Virus record (IMG/VR): IMGVR_UViG_3300044504_000062
Span: 1 to 37,190 of that record
Reading direction: 5' to 3' (one strand)
DNA from: a virus
Taxonomy: Duplodnaviria > Caudoviricetes
Length of the DNA stretch: 37,190 nt
The notes beneath the pieces are model-generated. The model was not told the origin of the DNA and did no database searches. It saw only the letters and a program-made list of their open reading frames with translations. How positions within the stretch are numbered: position 1 is the first letter of the stretch; the number at the start of each line of letters is the position of its first letter. The translations under genes were made by a program, and so were the position numbers. Below are positions 9,366 through 18,693 of this stretch, piece after piece.

Positions 9366-10106
9366 TTACGGCGCGATGACTTTAGGGACGAATACCGGAT
9401 CACCCGAGACCTGGATGCCGACGGTGGACTTCACAACATCATTCAGCGCGAAGCTGAACGGGAAGCTGTTCATGTAGCCCTCGAAGGTGATCCAGGTGCG
9501 GGTATTCGGCAGATCAAAATCGACTTCCAGCCCGACAACAGCAGTTGCAGCCGCGCCGGTACCACCGCCACCGCCGGTGAGTGCAATGGCCGGCGCCGAG
9601 GTGTAACCAGAGCCAGGGTTAGTGATGGTGAAGCCGGTCACCGAACCGCCCGAGACGATCGCCGTAGCCGTCGCACCGGTACCGCCGCCGGTCAACGCTA
9701 CCGAAGGGGCCGAGGTGTACCCGGTGCCCCCGCTGGTGAGCGTGATGGACGAGAGCGAACCTTCCTGAGTGACGGTCGGAGGGATGCCTTCCAGATCGCC
9801 CTGGGCGTTCACGATTCGGCCGTCAGACCAGCCAATCGCCCAAAGCAATTTGGTGCCGGCGGTCTTCAGGCGGTGGAGGCGGACGTGGGCCGGAGATTGT
9901 GGATCGATGTTCAGGCCAAAAGATGCCGAACCAGGCTCAGCCAGACCCGCCTCATATTCCCGGGCGCTGGAGTTCATGCAGGTCGTTTCGATCTGCGCAA
10001 TGCTGGTGTCGATCCCGTCCAGGGAGGTAAAACAGCCAACCACCAAAAGAGCTTTGGTGAGCGGGTCGATGGCGTAGAGGTCCGTGCCTTGGGTTTTAAT
10101 GGTCAA
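9366..10106 (-). CDS. Major tail tube protein with an internal Gly/Thr-rich repeat insertion
   Basis: TQGT.LY, IETTC, GLAEPG, W+[12 protein letters not shown]...FPFSFA motifs; synteny. Confidence 0.9.
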   Translation of the reverse strand: MTIKTQGTDLYAIDPLTKALLVVGCFTSLDGIDTSIAQIETTCMNSSAREYEAGLAEPGSASFGLNIDPQSPAHVRLHRLKTAGTKLLWAIGWSDGRIVNAQGDLEGIPPTVTQEGSLSSITLTSGGTGYTSAPSVALTGGGTGATATAIVSGGSVTGFTITNPGSGYTSAPAIALTGGGGGTGAAATAVVGLEVDFDLPNTRTWITFEGYMNSFPFSFALNDVVKSTVGIQVSGDPVFVPKVIAP

Positions 10107-10152
10107 TTTGTACTCCCCGATTTTCCTGGAAAATCACTTTTGAGCGGGCATT

Positions 10153-10172
10153 AAAAAAACCGCCGAAGCGGG
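10153..10172 (-). terminator. Intrinsic terminator upstream of tail tube gene
   Basis: CCGC-cgaa-GCGG hairpin with A7 on + strand. Confidence 0.55.
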
Positions 10173-10193
10173 TCGTTCTTTTCTGGTTCATGG

Positions 10194-10559
10194 CTACAAA
10201 CTCACCAGCCAGGCAACGTCGAAGCCTTTGCGGTAGCTGTGAGTATCCTTGTCCTTATCGTCGATCCCGAAACCGGTGATATATGCGTGCTGGGCAATCA
10301 CCCGGCGCAGAGCGAGCACCACCTCCTCTGCAGACGATGCTGTTTCGGCGTACACGTCGACCTGAAGGCCATAGCGATCCGTGCTTGGTACGCAGTTGAG
10401 GAAGTTGATCGGCGATCCGCTGACGACCTGCCAAACAGCATAGGGCCGTGCTACCCCCTCTGGCGCCTCGCCGTGCGGGTAAAGGCGTGTGGGGCCGGTA
10501 CCAAGCAGTGCAGTGACGGCCAAGCTTGCGGAGCACACCTGAAAAATCGGCGCGGTCAT
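10194..10559 (-). CDS. Tail terminator/completion protein (DUF3168-like)
   Basis: RLYP.GEAP, PYAVWQ, QVDVYA; synteny. Confidence 0.85.
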   Translation of the reverse strand: MTAPIFQVCSASLAVTALLGTGPTRLYPHGEAPEGVARPYAVWQVVSGSPINFLNCVPSTDRYGLQVDVYAETASSAEEVVLALRRVIAQHAYITGFGIDDKDKDTHSYRKGFDVAWLVSL

Positions 10560-11002
10560 TCATTCACTCCCAGCTTGATCAGCTGATACTTGGCCGAGCT
10601 GAGGAATTCCTGAAACAGCTGCTCGCGGTTGTTGGCCAATGCTGGCCGGAGAAACGGTTTTGCCCGGTTCTTTTCGGTTCCAAGCTCCACCCACCACCAG
10701 TAGAACGTGTTCCCGCCCTTCTGGCCGCGCTTGCGCATCCGCACGCCTACCGAGATCACTACGGCGCCAAGCTCCTCGCCCAGCGCTTTGCGCTCCACCA
10801 TCGCCAGGTTGGCCGGAATGAAGTTGGCGGTCTCCGGGTCATCGATGCGCGCGGCGCGATCCTTGGCGTCAAGCAGCACGATATCCATGGCGTCCTTTGC
10901 CGCCGGCGTGACCACCTTGCGGCGCATCTCCTCTGTCAGACCTTTGAACCTGGCTGATAGAGCATCGGCGCCTTTTAGGTTGTAGGTGACCCAGTCAGCC
11001 AT
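10556..11002 (-). CDS. HK97 gp10-family tail completion protein
   Basis: FYWWWVELGT...PFLRPAL motif. Confidence 0.88.
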   Translation of the reverse strand: MADWVTYNLKGADALSARFKGLTEEMRRKVVTPAAKDAMDIVLLDAKDRAARIDDPETANFIPANLAMVERKALGEELGAVVISVGVRMRKRGQKGGNTFYWWWVELGTEKNRAKPFLRPALANNREQLFQEFLSSAKYQLIKLGVNE

Positions 11003-11336
11003 CTTTCACCCCAGAAGACACCAGCAGCGTGAGATATTCCTTGCGCGAGTTGGGGTCCAGCAGAGGCGGCCCAACGATTGCGCAAACTGCACCGCTATTC
11101 AGCACAATCCGCATCGCAGCGGTGATTCCTTCGCGGTAGCGAATAACAACTCGGCTTTTGGCCTCAGATTGAATAGCCTGCGCCGCGATGAAATCACGGG
11201 CGCTCAAGTCCTCGACCGAAGCCCAGACGTTGGCGAAATCAACCCACTGATCCGTCAGCTGCTCGCCGGTTACCGGGTGCTGTGATGTCACCTTGTGCTG
11301 GATAAGAACGCGATGCCTCAGTTTTCCGGCCTGCAT
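10995..11336 (-). CDS. Head closure / head-tail adaptor
   Basis: AGKLRHRV, VWASVE, IRYREGI..MRI motifs. Confidence 0.88.
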   Translation of the reverse strand: MQAGKLRHRVLIQHKVTSQHPVTGEQLTDQWVDFANVWASVEDLSARDFIAAQAIQSEAKSRVVIRYREGITAAMRIVLNSGAVCAIVGPPLLDPNSRKEYLTLLVSSGVKDG

Positions 11337-11635
11337 CAGAAGCGCTTCCTGTACCAGAGCAGCCTGTCGACTGCGAGAGGGACGGCCGACGGCGCACCAC
11401 CCATGACCACGGCCTCGCGATTTGAGTACCAGTGCCCGACGAGCAGCAAAATAGCCTGCTCAACGTCCCGGGTAAGCCCCATTTCAGCGGGATCGACCGG
11501 GTCACCATCCACGAGCTTACGGTCGCAGTGCTGTTCGACGTGCGCCTTGGCCGCTTCGAGATAGCCACCGATCAAGGTGTCCTCTTCTTCAACGTCTACC
11601 CGCAGGTGGAGCTTCACGAGCGCCAGGTCGATCAT
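11336..11635 (-). CDS. Head-tail connector (HK97 gp6-like)
   Basis: VKLHLRVD, AILLLVGHWY.NRE motifs. Confidence 0.92.
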   Translation of the reverse strand: MIDLALVKLHLRVDVEEEDTLIGGYLEAAKAHVEQHCDRKLVDGDPVDPAEMGLTRDVEQAILLLVGHWYSNREAVVMGGAPSAVPLAVDRLLWYRKRF

Positions 11636-11854
11636 TTACTTGCTCTCTTTCGGCGCGGCCGGCTTCGAACCCTTCGGTTTGGTGACCTTCGGCTTGCCGT
11701 CGTCGCCGATTTCCTCCACCAAGCCCTTGCCGATAAGCGTGTAGCTGTACTCATCGTCAGCCTCATCGAACACCTGGCCGCGCTTCACCTTGGCTGACTC
11801 TGCTTTCAGCAGATCCGCGCTCCCCGTGAAGCCCCACAAAGCTTTGATTTTCAT
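11636..11854 (-). CDS. Small hypothetical virion-associated protein
   Basis: GGAGG SD; directly after capsid; Lys-rich tail; abuts connector start. Confidence 0.75.
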   Translation of the reverse strand: MKIKALWGFTGSADLLKAESAKVKRGQVFDEADDEYSYTLIGKGLVEEIGDDGKPKVTKPKGSKPAAPKESK

Positions 11855-11870
11855 GCTGCCTCCAAAAACA

Positions 11871-11895
11871 AAAAAGCCGACGCTATGCCGGCTTT
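11871..11895 (-). terminator. Intrinsic terminator after major capsid gene
   Basis: AAAGCCG...CGGCTTT hairpin with A-run. Confidence 0.65.
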
Positions 11896-11919
11896 GTGAT
11901 GGTTACGTGCGATTCAGGC

Positions 11920-13116
11920 TTACTTGGGGAAGTTGCCCTTGACCAAAGCTTCCTTGCGGCGCACGCCGAGGCCAAGACGCTCTTCTGCCAGCAACGCCAT
12001 CATGTTCTTGATGAACATGTCGTTGATCAGACCCATCTTGAACAGATAGGTCATACGGTCAAAGAGGATTGCAGCACGAGCGAAGTTGGCGATCAGGAAT
12101 TCGCCGCCGTCGTCCGCATCGCCCTCGTCCATGCTGTCCGAGGTGATGACCGGACGGCCCCAGAGGATCGGGGTAACCAGGCCCTGCAAGTTGGCGAACA
12201 GATAGCGATTTTCACCGTCCTTCTGCAGCTCGATGTTCATCCAGTCGAGCTCGCTCATCACGACGCCATCGGCAGAGAGCTTCGACTGCTTGCGAACCTG
12301 GTAGATGCCGCGGCGCACGATGTCGATCGAGGTATCGCCCGCCTTGGTCAAGGTAGCGTCGTAAACAGTGGCCTGGGTCATGAGGCCGTTCAGGTTTTCG
12401 CCAGTACCATCACCTTTGAGGATCTGGTTTTCCTCTTCCAGTTTCAGGTCGTAGCGCAGCAGCTCCTGGATATACCCCTGCATCTGGGGCACGTCGGCCA
12501 ACGCTTCTTCGGTTACCGGCATCCATACTGCGATCTTTTTGACGCGGTCAGTTACCGGTTCGAAAGTCACATCGCTAGTTGGCTTGGTGCCACCTTCTGC
12601 CACCGGAGCAGCGCCGCGAGTATGCAGCTTCTCGCGGAAGTAGGTGTAGCTCTGCCCGGTGACGGGGATGGCGGTGAGCAGGTCGCGAATGCGCAGTTCC
12701 TGGCGAATGCCTGGCTGGATGACCGGATCATAAATCGGCGCAACGATGCCAGCGCTGGTGACCTTCACTTCCTTCATGGCGGCCAGATCGGACTTGGTGA
12801 CCTCGATTTCGGCACGGTTCGCCGAGTTCGAAGACAGCGACTTGTAGCTGTCATCGCTCTTGATCATATCGATGAACGATTTACCCTCGCCCGGGCCGCC
12901 GCGCAACTTTACGCCCTTCTGCTCCAGATCCTGGACCTGGTCGATAACCTTTTGCAAATCGCCCTTTTGATCCTCGATCTGCTTCTTCAGGTCGCCGGTG
13001 ACCTTGTTGCCTTTCTGGACTTCGTCCATGGCTGCATCGTATTTCTTTTGAAGCCCTTCGAAGCCGCTTTTCAGCTGCTGATCAAGGGATTCTTTCAGTT
13101 CTTTTACTTCGCTCAT
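11920..13116 (-). CDS. Major capsid protein, HK97 family
   Basis: Coiled-coil delta domain; EGGTKP, ILKGDG, LWGRPV, KNMMALLAEER. Confidence 0.96.
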   Translation of the reverse strand: MSEVKELKESLDQQLKSGFEGLQKKYDAAMDEVQKGNKVTGDLKKQIEDQKGDLQKVIDQVQDLEQKGVKLRGGPGEGKSFIDMIKSDDSYKSLSSNSANRAEIEVTKSDLAAMKEVKVTSAGIVAPIYDPVIQPGIRQELRIRDLLTAIPVTGQSYTYFREKLHTRGAAPVAEGGTKPTSDVTFEPVTDRVKKIAVWMPVTEEALADVPQMQGYIQELLRYDLKLEEENQILKGDGTGENLNGLMTQATVYDATLTKAGDTSIDIVRRGIYQVRKQSKLSADGVVMSELDWMNIELQKDGENRYLFANLQGLVTPILWGRPVITSDSMDEGDADDGGEFLIANFARAAILFDRMTYLFKMGLINDMFIKNMMALLAEERLGLGVRRKEALVKGNFPK

Positions 13117-13757
13117 GGTGCTACTCCGAAATGGTGGGTGAACAGGTTGGAAATGTCTTTCAGCTCATCCACGATCGCCGTGGCCTCGCTGCCGCCGTCA
13201 CGGCGCAGCGCGGAGTAGCCGAGCGAAGCGACTGCCGCCGCTTCCTTCTGCGAGAGCCCCATGCGTTCACGCAGGGCATTCTCGAAAAGTCTGATGTCCG
13301 ACTTCACGCTGAGAACTTGGGCATCCGGGTTCATGCCAAAAGGCACGAACGAGGCCTCCCACAGTTCTGCGGACTTGATAACGCGGACCTGCCGGCCGGC
13401 ACGCTGCTGGAAATCAGCTTCCAGCGTGTTGAAGCCGATGGACATGCTGTCCAGAGAGCCGTCCTTCATCAGCTCGTAGGCGTCACGGGCGTAACTGACC
13501 TTTAAGTTCACCTGGCCTTTTACATAAAGGCCGTGATCGTCCTGATTGAAGTCAGCAGTGCCGACTAGCCGAGTCAGGTCGTGATACAGCGCGAGCTTCA
13601 GTTTCCCGTTACGAGTGGTCTTCACACTGGTGAACGCGCCTTTCACGATGACGTCATCACCTAGGTCGACATTTTCGAAAACTGCGGCGTAGCCCTCGAA
13701 GTTGCCGGCTTCGTCGGCCGCCTTCACCTCAAATGGGCAGTCAAGTTTGCTGAGCAT
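13113..13757 (-). CDS. HK97-family prohead protease
   Basis: FEGYAAVF, YHD, MSIGF, LWEASFV..MNP; start revised to ATG 13757. Confidence 0.93.
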   Translation of the reverse strand: MLSKLDCPFEVKAADEAGNFEGYAAVFENVDLGDDVIVKGAFTSVKTTRNGKLKLALYHDLTRLVGTADFNQDDHGLYVKGQVNLKVSYARDAYELMKDGSLDSMSIGFNTLEADFQQRAGRQVRVIKSAELWEASFVPFGMNPDAQVLSVKSDIRLFENALRERMGLSQKEAAAVASLGYSALRRDGGSEATAIVDELKDISNLFTHHFGVAP

Positions 13758-14958
13758 TTTTCTGGATCTCCCACCGGGTAACCTGGTTGTATTCATCGCC
13801 TTCCAAGGGCAATTCGTTTTCCTTCTCGCGGACTTCGTTGATCGTCATCCATCCCGACCCGCCAGACCCGCCGAGCGCCGCCTGGTAGTACGAAGCGCGC
13901 CCAGCACTGTCGGCTCGCAGCAAGCCCTCAACTTTGAATTCGACAAAGCGCGAGCTCTTGCCATAAACCTTGTCGTTGAACTCGTCCTCGACCACATCGA
14001 TGTATGGTTTCAGGCCGAAAGTGATGAACCCGGTGAGCTGCTGCTCTAGGTTTGAACCCATGATCGATGTCTTGCCAGCACGATTAGCCAGCCAAAGTGG
14101 CACGCCGTAGATGCCGGCCATGGCCTCTTCTTGAAACTGTTGGGACTCGATAAATTGGGCATCTTTCTGGCTGAGCCCGGCGGGCACGATTTTGGGATTG
14201 CCCTGCAGGATGGCCATCTTTCCTATGTCGTCGGCATCTGCCTTCCTGACGTCTGGAAATTTGGCCATGATTTGAGATTCCTGTTGCTTGGTCAGGAAGT
14301 TCTCGTAGATCACATAACCACCAGTGAAGCCTCCCTTGCGCATGAACCGGGACGACCACTGTTGGCCAGCCTTTGCGAGACCCATCGTCTCTGCCTGGTA
14401 CTCAATCGGCGAGAGCCCCACAATTCCGTCCAAGCTGAATAGCTTGAAGTGCAGCATGTTCTCCGGAGACACCGGAAACGGTGCGCCCTCTGAGGGCGTG
14501 ACCAGGTAAAGCAGGCCATCCTCGATATCGATCTTGACAGTGTCGTACTTCAGCGGCACAAACCCAGTGGGTTCACCGTGACGATTTCGCTCGATCAGGG
14601 CGAACGCATTGCCCCGAATCGCCATATTCACCACGACGAACTTGAGAAAGTTGAGCATCGTCATGTATGGGTTCGGTTTTCTGAGCAGTTTCAACGCCCC
14701 ATCGTTTTTGCCGACCTGCTTGCGACCACCACTGGTATCTTCGTATAGCTTCAGCGGTAGGCCGCTGAGCGATTCGGAAAGGATTTTCACGCACGACCAG
14801 ACCATGCTGATTGAAAGCGCAGTTTTGGTGGTTACCTTGATGCCCGCCTTGGTCGTTTTTCCGCCGACCTCAAGATCTACTTCAACGTAGTTGCCCGTCG
14901 CCGGATCGGTGTAACCGAAAAATCCCCAGGTGCTTGGCCTGAACAAATTAAATGCCAT
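13741..14958 (-). CDS. Portal protein, HK97 family
   Basis: VWSCVKIL, PNPYMT, GNAFA, GLSP, GWMTINEVR..ENE.P. Confidence 0.95.
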   Translation of the reverse strand: MAFNLFRPSTWGFFGYTDPATGNYVEVDLEVGGKTTKAGIKVTTKTALSISMVWSCVKILSESLSGLPLKLYEDTSGGRKQVGKNDGALKLLRKPNPYMTMLNFLKFVVVNMAIRGNAFALIERNRHGEPTGFVPLKYDTVKIDIEDGLLYLVTPSEGAPFPVSPENMLHFKLFSLDGIVGLSPIEYQAETMGLAKAGQQWSSRFMRKGGFTGGYVIYENFLTKQQESQIMAKFPDVRKADADDIGKMAILQGNPKIVPAGLSQKDAQFIESQQFQEEAMAGIYGVPLWLANRAGKTSIMGSNLEQQLTGFITFGLKPYIDVVEDEFNDKVYGKSSRFVEFKVEGLLRADSAGRASYYQAALGGSGGSGWMTINEVREKENELPLEGDEYNQVTRWEIQKNAQQT

Positions 14959-14960
14959 GG

Positions 14961-16640
14961 TCAGCCTACTAGTCCGAAAAAGCCGTTATTGAGGTAGTCG
15001 TCCATGCCTCCGAGCGCCTCTGGATTCAGAGAAAGCAACGAAACTGCGTTGAACGTGGCCATGAGTGGGTCAATTTTCGCGGTACCCGACGCCTGCTTGG
15101 TGATGAGGAATGCGTTTGCCGATGGCACGCCCTTCGCGTTACCACAGGCCCAGGCCATCAAAGGCTGGCCGCAATGCAAAAACGCGCCTTCAGCAAGCTT
15201 TCGCTCGGTGGTTTTGATCGCACCGGTGAGCTTCCAGCCCTGGGATATGCCGATAATTTTGTCTTCCTCGACGCCAGCGTCAGCCAGCGCATCGAGCACG
15301 GCGCCGATACCAGCGGGGTCAAGGCCAACTTTGTCCAGCAACCCGGCTTGGTTTATGCGAGCCACCGTCGCAGCGAGGTGCTCGACATCATCACCGATCT
15401 TTTTAACCAGAGTCAGATCACCGACAGCCGCAAGATCCATGAGTCGCGGCGCTTCGGTTTTCCGTCGTGTAAGCACAGATGGGTGAGCGTACGCGTGAGC
15501 CCAGTGCAGCCAGGTGCGCGAGTCACGAACTCGGCCCATGACTGCGAGCCCCAGCAGATCATCGAGACCACCACCGTCGACACCGACGACGATCACCTCG
15601 CAACGCTCGATGAGTGAGTCGAGCGTCAAGCCGGCTTCGGCCTGAGGCTCCCAAAAGTCAGCACCCACCCAACTGTCCGACATCAGCGCGAGGCCGATCT
15701 CGATGTTCAGGAATTTGGCGAGGAAGCCGCGCACCTCAGCTTCACCATCCATCTCGGCCTGCATAAACAGGCGTTCGAGGGTCGGCCTGTCCACCGAGTA
15801 ACCCATATTCGGGTTCACCAGGTGGAAGTTCTCAGGCCGGCGAGCCTCTCCGCTCTCGATCATCTCGGGCGGAAACTCGTAGATTACCGGAAGGAAACGC
15901 GGGTCTTCGATCCGCCCCTCGCGCACACCTCGGGCATAGCTCAGTTTCGATCTGAAGATGCCGGCCGGCGGCTCGTTTGACTGAGTCGTCAGCCAAATAA
16001 TGAAGCCCTCAGGCCTGGACAACAGCCCGCCAGTGGCCTCGCGGATCATATCCGGTGCCTTGACGTTCTTGCCGAACAGCCAGGCTTCATCGATCAGCAC
16101 CCCGACAGCCTTTTTGCCGCCAACCACGTCACTGTCAGCCGCCACCACCTTCAGCGTGGCGCCTGTTTCCCGGTGCGTGATGAGCTTCAGGTGAGGCTGC
16201 ACATGGAGCAGTGCGCTCAGCTCTTCATCGTGTTTGACCATTGCCGCACACGGCTTGAAGGCGTTGTCGGCAATTTCCTTGGTGGGCGCCAAGATGATGA
16301 ATTCAGCTTCAAGCCGCCAATTGCGAATCAACGCCGTCAGCATGATCGCGGCGGCGATCGTGGACTTGGAGTTCTTCTTTGGGATGCAGAGAAAATACTC
16401 ACTGATCAGGCGGTGTCCTGTCTCGCTGTTGTAGCTCCCAAAAATCGCTCCGGCAAAATCGATTACCCAGGGCGCGCAAGCCGACTCAATAGTTGGGCAG
16501 CCTGGCGCGTCGACGATCTTGAGCGAGCGAAAAACCTCCAGGCCCTCTTCAGCTTCAGCCGGAAAAAGTGGTGCTGGGATTATTGATTCACCGACAGAGA
16601 GGCGCCGCCACCAGTCCGGGCAGGCAGTTGTCCATTGCAT
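14961..16640 (-). CDS. terL: Terminase large subunit
   Basis: Walker A PKKNSKS, Walker B LIDE, nuclease GVDGGGLDDL, KIDP. Confidence 0.95.
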   Translation of the reverse strand: MQWTTACPDWWRRLSVGESIIPAPLFPAEAEEGLEVFRSLKIVDAPGCPTIESACAPWVIDFAGAIFGSYNSETGHRLISEYFLCIPKKNSKSTIAAAIMLTALIRNWRLEAEFIILAPTKEIADNAFKPCAAMVKHDEELSALLHVQPHLKLITHRETGATLKVVAADSDVVGGKKAVGVLIDEAWLFGKNVKAPDMIREATGGLLSRPEGFIIWLTTQSNEPPAGIFRSKLSYARGVREGRIEDPRFLPVIYEFPPEMIESGEARRPENFHLVNPNMGYSVDRPTLERLFMQAEMDGEAEVRGFLAKFLNIEIGLALMSDSWVGADFWEPQAEAGLTLDSLIERCEVIVVGVDGGGLDDLLGLAVMGRVRDSRTWLHWAHAYAHPSVLTRRKTEAPRLMDLAAVGDLTLVKKIGDDVEHLAATVARINQAGLLDKVGLDPAGIGAVLDALADAGVEEDKIIGISQGWKLTGAIKTTERKLAEGAFLHCGQPLMAWACGNAKGVPSANAFLITKQASGTAKIDPLMATFNAVSLLSLNPEALGGMDDYLNNGFFGLVG

Positions 16641-16643
16641 GAC

Positions 16644-17132
16644 CTACCTCTTGACTACAGTGAGCGGCGGCTTGCCCGCGGCGTATTTACCTTTCCCCGC
16701 CTCTTTCGCGGCGTCAGCCTTAATTTCTTTCTTGCCAGCCTCGCCCTTTTTGCCGTGCACATAGGGCACAGCGGTCTGAGCTGCGTTTCGGCGATCAAAG
16801 ATTTTTGCCTTGGGCTCATTCATCAGAGCCAAGAGCCAGGCGAGGGGATCTTCAGTGGTGGGCAGGCAGTCGAGGTACTCGCCGCCGCCCTCATCCTGTT
16901 CGGGTGCCTGGTCGTCAGCGCTCGGTTTCTGCTTGCGCTGCTTTTCGGGTTTAACACTCAGCTCAGATCGGCGCGCGAGAATTGCACTGCAAATCTTCGG
17001 GTCATTTGCCCATCGTGAGCCGGCGGCGGATGCCGTGGAGGCCTTACAGCCTGCGGCTTCTGCCGCTTCTTTGTTTGACGCACCCCGAGCCTTAGCGTCA
17101 ACAAACTGTCGTTGTTTGTCTGTTAACACCAT
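16644..17132 (-). CDS. terS: Terminase small subunit
   Basis: LTDKQRQFV...EAAEAAG HTH-like N-terminus; directly upstream of terL. Confidence 0.88.
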   Translation of the reverse strand: MVLTDKQRQFVDAKARGASNKEAAEAAGCKASTASAAGSRWANDPKICSAILARRSELSVKPEKQRKQKPSADDQAPEQDEGGGEYLDCLPTTEDPLAWLLALMNEPKAKIFDRRNAAQTAVPYVHGKKGEAGKKEIKADAAKEAGKGKYAAGKPPLTVVKR

Positions 17133-17139
17133 TAACAAA

Positions 17140-17230
17140 ATACCTTGGGGTCGGGAAAAAAAGTGCGAATGGGATCGGGCGCGGTCTGGAAGCGATACAC
17201 CCCCTATATTTAGACCCCCCCCTCCATAGC
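17140..17230. other. Probable cos packaging region
   Basis: Non-coding gap between HNH and terS with G/C runs and a GC-rich core (17175-17184); the usual cos position in HNH-type HK97-like phages. Confidence 0.5.
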
Positions 17231-17290
17231 GATCCTCAATCGCACCATTTGGGTGCGATTTAGATGGGAATTCATCTCATTTACGGAGGC

Positions 17291-17632
17291 CTACCAGACC
17301 CGCACGGCACCTGCCTCATCGGCCTGCTTGACCGAGTCATGGCAAAGCTTGCACAGGGTCTGCCAGTTGGTCCTAGCCCAGAAGAGCGTCATGTCACCGC
17401 GATGGGGCTCGATGTGGTCGACTACAGTGCCTGCTGTTACGCGGCCAAGGCGCTCGCAATAGACGCAGAGCGGATGGGCGTGGAGCCAGCCCTCACGAGC
17501 CTTCTGCCACTTGTAGCCGTAGCCACGCTGGGCAGAAGTTTCTTTCGTTGCGCGCCATGAGTTGGTGTTGACGGCGACAAGGCGATCAGGCTGAGTCTTG
17601 ACCCTGCTTCCCAGCGTCTTCAGCCTTCCCAT
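17291..17632 (-). CDS. HNH endonuclease (terminase cofactor, HK97 gp74-like)
   Basis: RGY...W, CxxC, VDHIEPH, NWQTLCKLCH; start revised to ATG 17632. Confidence 0.92.
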   Translation of the reverse strand: MGRLKTLGSRVKTQPDRLVAVNTNSWRATKETSAQRGYGYKWQKAREGWLHAHPLCVYCERLGRVTAGTVVDHIEPHRGDMTLFWARTNWQTLCKLCHDSVKQADEAGAVRVW

Positions 17633-17747
17633 CAGATGGCGCTCCGTTGTGTGGTCTCGGTGAAAGAACCAAGGCAGCACGCTCTGCTGCGATCCTCAGC
17701 CACTTGACAGCTCGCGCTCGGCGGGCAGCGCATCCGGTGCAACTCAT
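17586..17747 (-). CDS. 53-aa hypothetical protein (MSCTGCAARR...)
   Basis: Read by eye; ATGA overlap with upstream gene stop; CxxC at N-terminus. Confidence 0.5.
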   Translation of the reverse strand: MSCTGCAARRARAVKWLRIAAERAALVLSPRPHNGAPSDGKAEDAGKQGQDSA

Positions 17748-17983
17748 ACCGGGTCACCCTCAACGATCAGGTCGCGACCGTTGACCATGAATACCACCGT
17801 CACCTGCACGGGGCCGCCACTCTCGCTGCTCATACTGGTGCTGACCTGGCACGGCAGGATCGTACCGTCCTCTGTGTGCAGGCCGAACGGGCGATAGTCT
17901 TCGATCTTCTCAGGCGGGCGAAGATCGCCGAGTCGCCTGATCAGTCGAGGATCATCACCTATCCGCTTCAGTACCAGCTTCAT
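17744..17983 (-). CDS. Hypothetical protein (79 aa)
   Basis: ATGA-coupled on both sides within late operon. Confidence 0.7.
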   Translation of the reverse strand: MKLVLKRIGDDPRLIRRLGDLRPPEKIEDYRPFGLHTEDGTILPCQVSTSMSSESGGPVQVTVVFMVNGRDLIVEGDPV

Positions 17984-18144
17984 GAGGAAATCTCGATCTT
18001 GATGCCGTGACGCACAATCCAGTCAATGAAGCCTGGCGCGATCTCGTTTTGACCAGTGATCCAGTACCACGCCGCCGCACAGTTGAGCAGTGGCATAAAC
18101 CACCAGCGCCGCGTGGTCTTCAGCTTGAGTTCGATCCTGGCCAT
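17980..18144 (-). CDS. 54-aa Trp-rich hypothetical protein (MARIELKLKTTRRWWF...)
   Basis: Read by eye; TGATG overlap with holin stop, ATGA overlap with next gene, GGAG SD. Confidence 0.6.
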   Translation of the reverse strand: MARIELKLKTTRRWWFMPLLNCAAAWYWITGQNEIAPGFIDWIVRHGIKIEISS

Positions 18145-18476
18145 CACTCCACCTTCCGACTTGGCAGCTTGAAGTCCGTGACCCGATCAGCTATCGACCT
18201 GATCTTCTCGACACCCAGGAAGCCAACCCAGCCACCTGCGAAGGTGGCCATGCTCTGTGGCAGACCGAAGAAGTCCAGCCCACTGATAATGGTCAACGTC
18301 AGGCCGCCACAGATCGCGCCCTCCACCAGCATCTGGCGCCGTGTTCCGCCGCCGTAAGTGATGCGCAGGACGGCCATGGCGCACGACAGCGCAGCCGCAT
18401 AGAGGATTGGCGAATGCTGGCTCATCCACGCAAGCACAATCGCCCAGGTATCCGGCTTGTCTGGCATGTTCGGCAT
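18144..18476 (-). CDS. Holin, lambda S family
   Basis: Three hydrophobic segments, GG.VGFLGVEKIR, charged C-tail; two closely spaced starts (MPNMP). Confidence 0.9.
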   Translation of the reverse strand: MPNMPDKPDTWAIVLAWMSQHSPILYAAALSCAMAVLRITYGGGTRRQMLVEGAICGGLTLTIISGLDFFGLPQSMATFAGGWVGFLGVEKIRSIADRVTDFKLPSRKVE

Positions 18477-18564
18477 CTCAAATTCCTCCCTTTCGGGAAG
18501 TGAATAGATCCGGCTCCAGCAGCACTCCCAGCTCGAAGCGATGGACGTGGTGGAGCCGAAAACG

Positions 18565-18635
18565 AAAAAGCCCCGGCGAATGCCGAGGCTCTGTGAACTA
18601 CAGAAAGCAAAAAGCCCAACTCAGGGTCGGGCTTT
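18565..18635 (-). terminator. Two tandem intrinsic terminators downstream of the late promoter (tR'-like)
   Basis: Hairpins at 18570-18589 and 18611-18635, each with A-run on + strand. Confidence 0.75.
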
Positions 18636-18664
18636 GCTCGCGGAAAAACCGCAAAGTAACGAGA

Positions 18665-18693
18665 AATCTATATACCGGGACCGGGGATGTCAA
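18665..18693 (-). promoter_or_regulatory. Late promoter pR'
   Basis: TTGACA-17 nt-TAGATT on minus strand, overlapping the Q stop codon. Confidence 0.8.

Noticed and set aside
17215-17222. C8 homopolymer
   Set aside because: Non-coding, within the probable cos region where such runs are usual; no frame affected
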